From the NCBI GenBank assembly GCA_030649025.1, contig JAUSGO010000016.1, positions 4,851 through 68,850 on the forward strand: a DNA stretch of 64,000 nt. The letters run 5' to 3'. Source of the DNA: a bacterium. GTDB lineage: Bacteria; Patescibacteriota; Minisyncoccia; JAUYLV01. Made by a program: the position numbers and the translations under genes. The notes beneath the pieces were generated by a model. The model was not told the origin of the DNA. It made no database searches and saw only the letters and a program-made list of their open reading frames with translations. Each line of letters begins with the position of its first letter. Positions within the stretch are counted from its first letter, which is position 1. This document shows positions 62,701 through 64,000 of the stretch, one piece after another.

Positions 62701-64000
62701 GTTCCATTCTTGGCCGTATGCCCACTTGCCATGTTCCTCCCGGAACAGAAAGAACATATTCTCCGCTTGCATTGGTGGTGCCCATCACGCCGAGACCCGT
62801 CTCTTGCTGCCACGCACCAACTTCTGCATCGGTAACAGGCGCTCCTCCCGAAAACGTTATTTTTCCTTTGATGGTTTTTACGGCGCTGGGAAGCGGTGAG
62901 GATGATGGGGACGGAGAAGGGGAAGGAGGAGGAGTGTTCGTACCGGAACAATTTGGAATACCAAACTCTTGCCAATACTGATCATTCCCTGCGTTTGGCA
63001 TCCACCGCGTTCCCCACTGGGCAGAAGATATCAGCAGGCACTGGGCGTGAACGGTCGAGATAAAATTGGCATACGTACTATCTGTGCGATTGAGAATGTA
63101 TGAATTCACGCTACCGTCCATAAAGCGCCATGTGTGTGCTGCCCAAGAACTCGTACCGCCTCCACCGCCAGGGCATGCCGTGTAATCCCCGGAAGCTAGC
63201 GCCGTAAACGTACAAGAGTAATCAGCCATAAGCGAAACCCCGGCAGAATTCTTTACCCCAGCTTTCACGACGCTCACATATATGGTGCCTACAGTTAACG
63301 GAGAAACGGGAATAAGACTCACGTATGTTGAAGTGGGAGTGATCTGTGAGGCGACATGGATCTTGTTCTGGTCGTTTGCCATGTACAGATAAACGTTGGA
63401 ATCAGTAAATGACGTCGGGTCCATAGCCATGTTGAACCCGATGCCGATAGTGGATTTTGAGGTAGCCGTATTCACGCTCAATCCCCAGCCCTGTACTATT
63501 GGAGCGCCGGCGCCTGAAGAAGGGAATACTCCGTTGAGATACGTATATGCCGAACATCCGTATCCCGAGAGACAAGCTTGAATGCGATAATCATAGGTCG
63601 CTCCTACTGCTACGGTCATATCGGAATAGGTTGTCACGTTTACGCCGACCTGCGAGAGAAATGAACCGGGCCAAGTACCGGTGGAGAGTTTCCGCTCAAT
63701 ATTATATTTATCCTCTCCGGAAACATCTCCCCATTGGAGATACACGGTGTTGGCGGTTGGCGCCGGATTTGCCGACAAGCTTGCAGGAGCGGGAGGAATA
63801 CTGCCACCTCCACCGCCTCCGCCCCCTATCACATTCACTGTGTAGGCGGTGGGCGGAACTGAACATCCATATAAGTTACATGCGACAATATAGTACTCGT
63901 AACTTACCCCGCTTGAAACGCCGGAGTCATTATAAGAAAGCGCAGTATATCCGAGACCGTTGACTGGAGAGGTTGGCCAAGTGCCCGTTCCTGGAGGAGT
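59789..64000 (-). CDS. Giant surface protein (>1400 aa; N-terminus lies outside the window) with FN3-like and carboxypeptidase-regulatory/Cna-B-like beta-sandwich repeats
   Basis: The reading frame stays open from 63838 to the window edge (the M in the ORF track is an internal GTG); motifs YEYYIVACNLYGCS, YDYRIQACLSGYGCS (FN3-like), many Gly/Thr/Ser-rich Ig-like repeats. Confidence 0.7.
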   Translation of the reverse strand, partial: TPPGTGTWPTSPVNGLGYTALSYNDSGVSSGVSYEYYIVACNLYGCSVPPTAYTVNVIGGGGGGGGSIPPAPASLSANPAPTANTVYLQWGDVSGEDKYNIERKLSTGTWPGSFLSQVGVNVTTYSDMTVAVGATYDYRIQACLSGYGCSAYTYLNGVFPSSGAGAPIVQGWGLSVNTATSKSTIGIGFNMAMDPTSFTDSNVYLYMANDQNKIHVASQITPTSTYVSLIPVSPLTVGTIYVSVVKAGVKNSAGVSLMADYSCTFTALASGDYTACPGGGGGTSSWAAHTWRFMDGSVNSYILNRTDSTYANFISTVHAQCLLISSAQWGTRWMPNAGNDQYWQEFGIPNCSGTNTPPPSPSPSPSSSPLPSAVKTIKGKITFSGGAPVTDAEVGAWQQETGLGVMGTTNASGEYVLSVPGGTWQVGIRPRMEPATWSYNQQPPLASFALNDTPEFREVNFTVFFASSRAKGKVQNSDGSVPVNSFAGAESGTGFGQGGPVASDGTFAFSLPAGSYYLRIFQKDQGPLGDPMPFSLGENDTKDFGTITITPKTDRIEGVVKDASGAPLANIPVHAFVPSSQNFAQAVTRSDGRYTIFVTPGAWMVRAEPNPESNYANPEPPRSVTVNAGVSARADFTLVFSDTTVSGTVVDEQGTILTNFYGFVSAGDYTSSQHFGGSVEQGKFSFKVQAGIYPVRLHPAPGSDYAPPSPQTITVRSGSVNTATFRVSKTTLVISGQVQDEGGMVLKNLKLRINASSDTGIWQDGMYDPAAGTYRISVSPGTWHLSVWIEDGSYALPDPLSLRTSVEAGQSVVKNIVLRRAGARITGTVRKPDGSPFPYAFVSADTPFGGASQVAGASYPSGFGAEADAQGRYSIPIVAGVYAIRVFAPPSLGYANPPSVEVTVGASETKNVDLQFRSPNAVITGKIEGATGRAFVYAWSRKGGYAHTESGDDGSYTLQITKDDTWYVGSSDEMDRAFFRSSEIPVVVGTQDRIEQNLKMLTTGKLLPNAASAVSEAVEANIVGVKDGATISIPPGAMPASAGQVTITVTPDTRSVSQSLEHVVGFGYNIDIRGADAKNITDFNSDVVVSIPYTDADVASVGIDPAALKISYWDESAATWRDVPNAVVDTTRKIVTCSVGHLTRFALIAPADTQPPDPPYNVTVTKTGNGFLVKWSNPTYDFHHVKIYRSSTKGELGNVIFDNLAATSKEDPTIAVSSIIFYYAVRAIDLAGNESTNTTQYTTTGPAQTPSAKELGAQAIPSSTPNTPAPSSVPAPNPQIPAYQKYANSTLLRAEGDQKVWIITNGFKRYVVGPQILGFYGHLKNAPIIDVPKSELDQYSLAAWVRYVNDPKVYEVNDDATKHWLDMSAEDFYNTGRRWEAVFIVNKAEVDFYKTGVNVTIIK

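Noticed and set aside
63838-63838. Met start codon for the giant protein as given in the ORF track
   Set aside because: The codon is GTG preceded by ~54 in-frame sense codons encoding continuous FN3-like sequence to the window edge, so it is an internal Val, not the start.

Overview
Overview: this 64 kb window is gene-dense and carries mostly minus-strand housekeeping genes from a bacterium. The gene mix (many aminoacyl-tRNA synthetases, short intergenic gaps, several type IV pilins and giant surface proteins, no biosynthetic genes) is consistent with a small-genome CPR/Patescibacteria-like lineage, but that is inference only.

Recognisable genes: ruvC (3' end), tyrS, gatA, gatC, ligA, pilD, rnhA, recJ, glyQS, recO, ileS, argS, an SMC-family ATPase, ftsH, rnc, nusB, rpmF, rnhB, dnaE, uppS, trmD and a sensor histidine kinase. 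There are also M16, M15 and C39-like peptidases.

Type IV pilus genes are dispersed through the window: pilM-pilN-pilO, pilD, at least five proteins with class-III prepilin N-termini (one of 1040 aa carrying fibronectin-III repeats), and a 977-aa pseudopilin-like protein with seven ~48-aa repeats.

RNA genes: tRNA-Val(GAC), tRNA-Arg(TCT, weaker call) and initiator tRNA-fMet(CAT) with its promoter, plus a tRNA-like 3' fragment.

Most unusual observations, in order of interest:
1. A ~200-aa histidine-phosphatase (PGAM-like) domain inserted in-frame inside IleRS.
2. A dispersed family of about 50-90 bp palindromic elements (GAAACATTG..GTTGCCCGC followed by one or two hairpins) at four intergenic sites, with compensatory base changes in the stems.
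3. The 3' end of tRNA-fMet reiterated four times over ~1.1 kb as tandem 173-bp att-like repeats, with small hypothetical ORFs between them.
4. Arrays of 7-mer repeats (ATTACGG/ATTGCGG) with dyad symmetry immediately upstream of two pilin-like genes.
5. A (TTTTTTG)n heptanucleotide microsatellite inside trmD, and a perfect 18-bp tandem repeat encoding a poly-Gly tract in a pilin.
6. A two-gene plus-strand cassette (unknown 277-aa protein plus a dual-specificity-phosphatase-like protein) upstream of dnaE.

No CRISPR array, rRNA, transposase or integrase was found.
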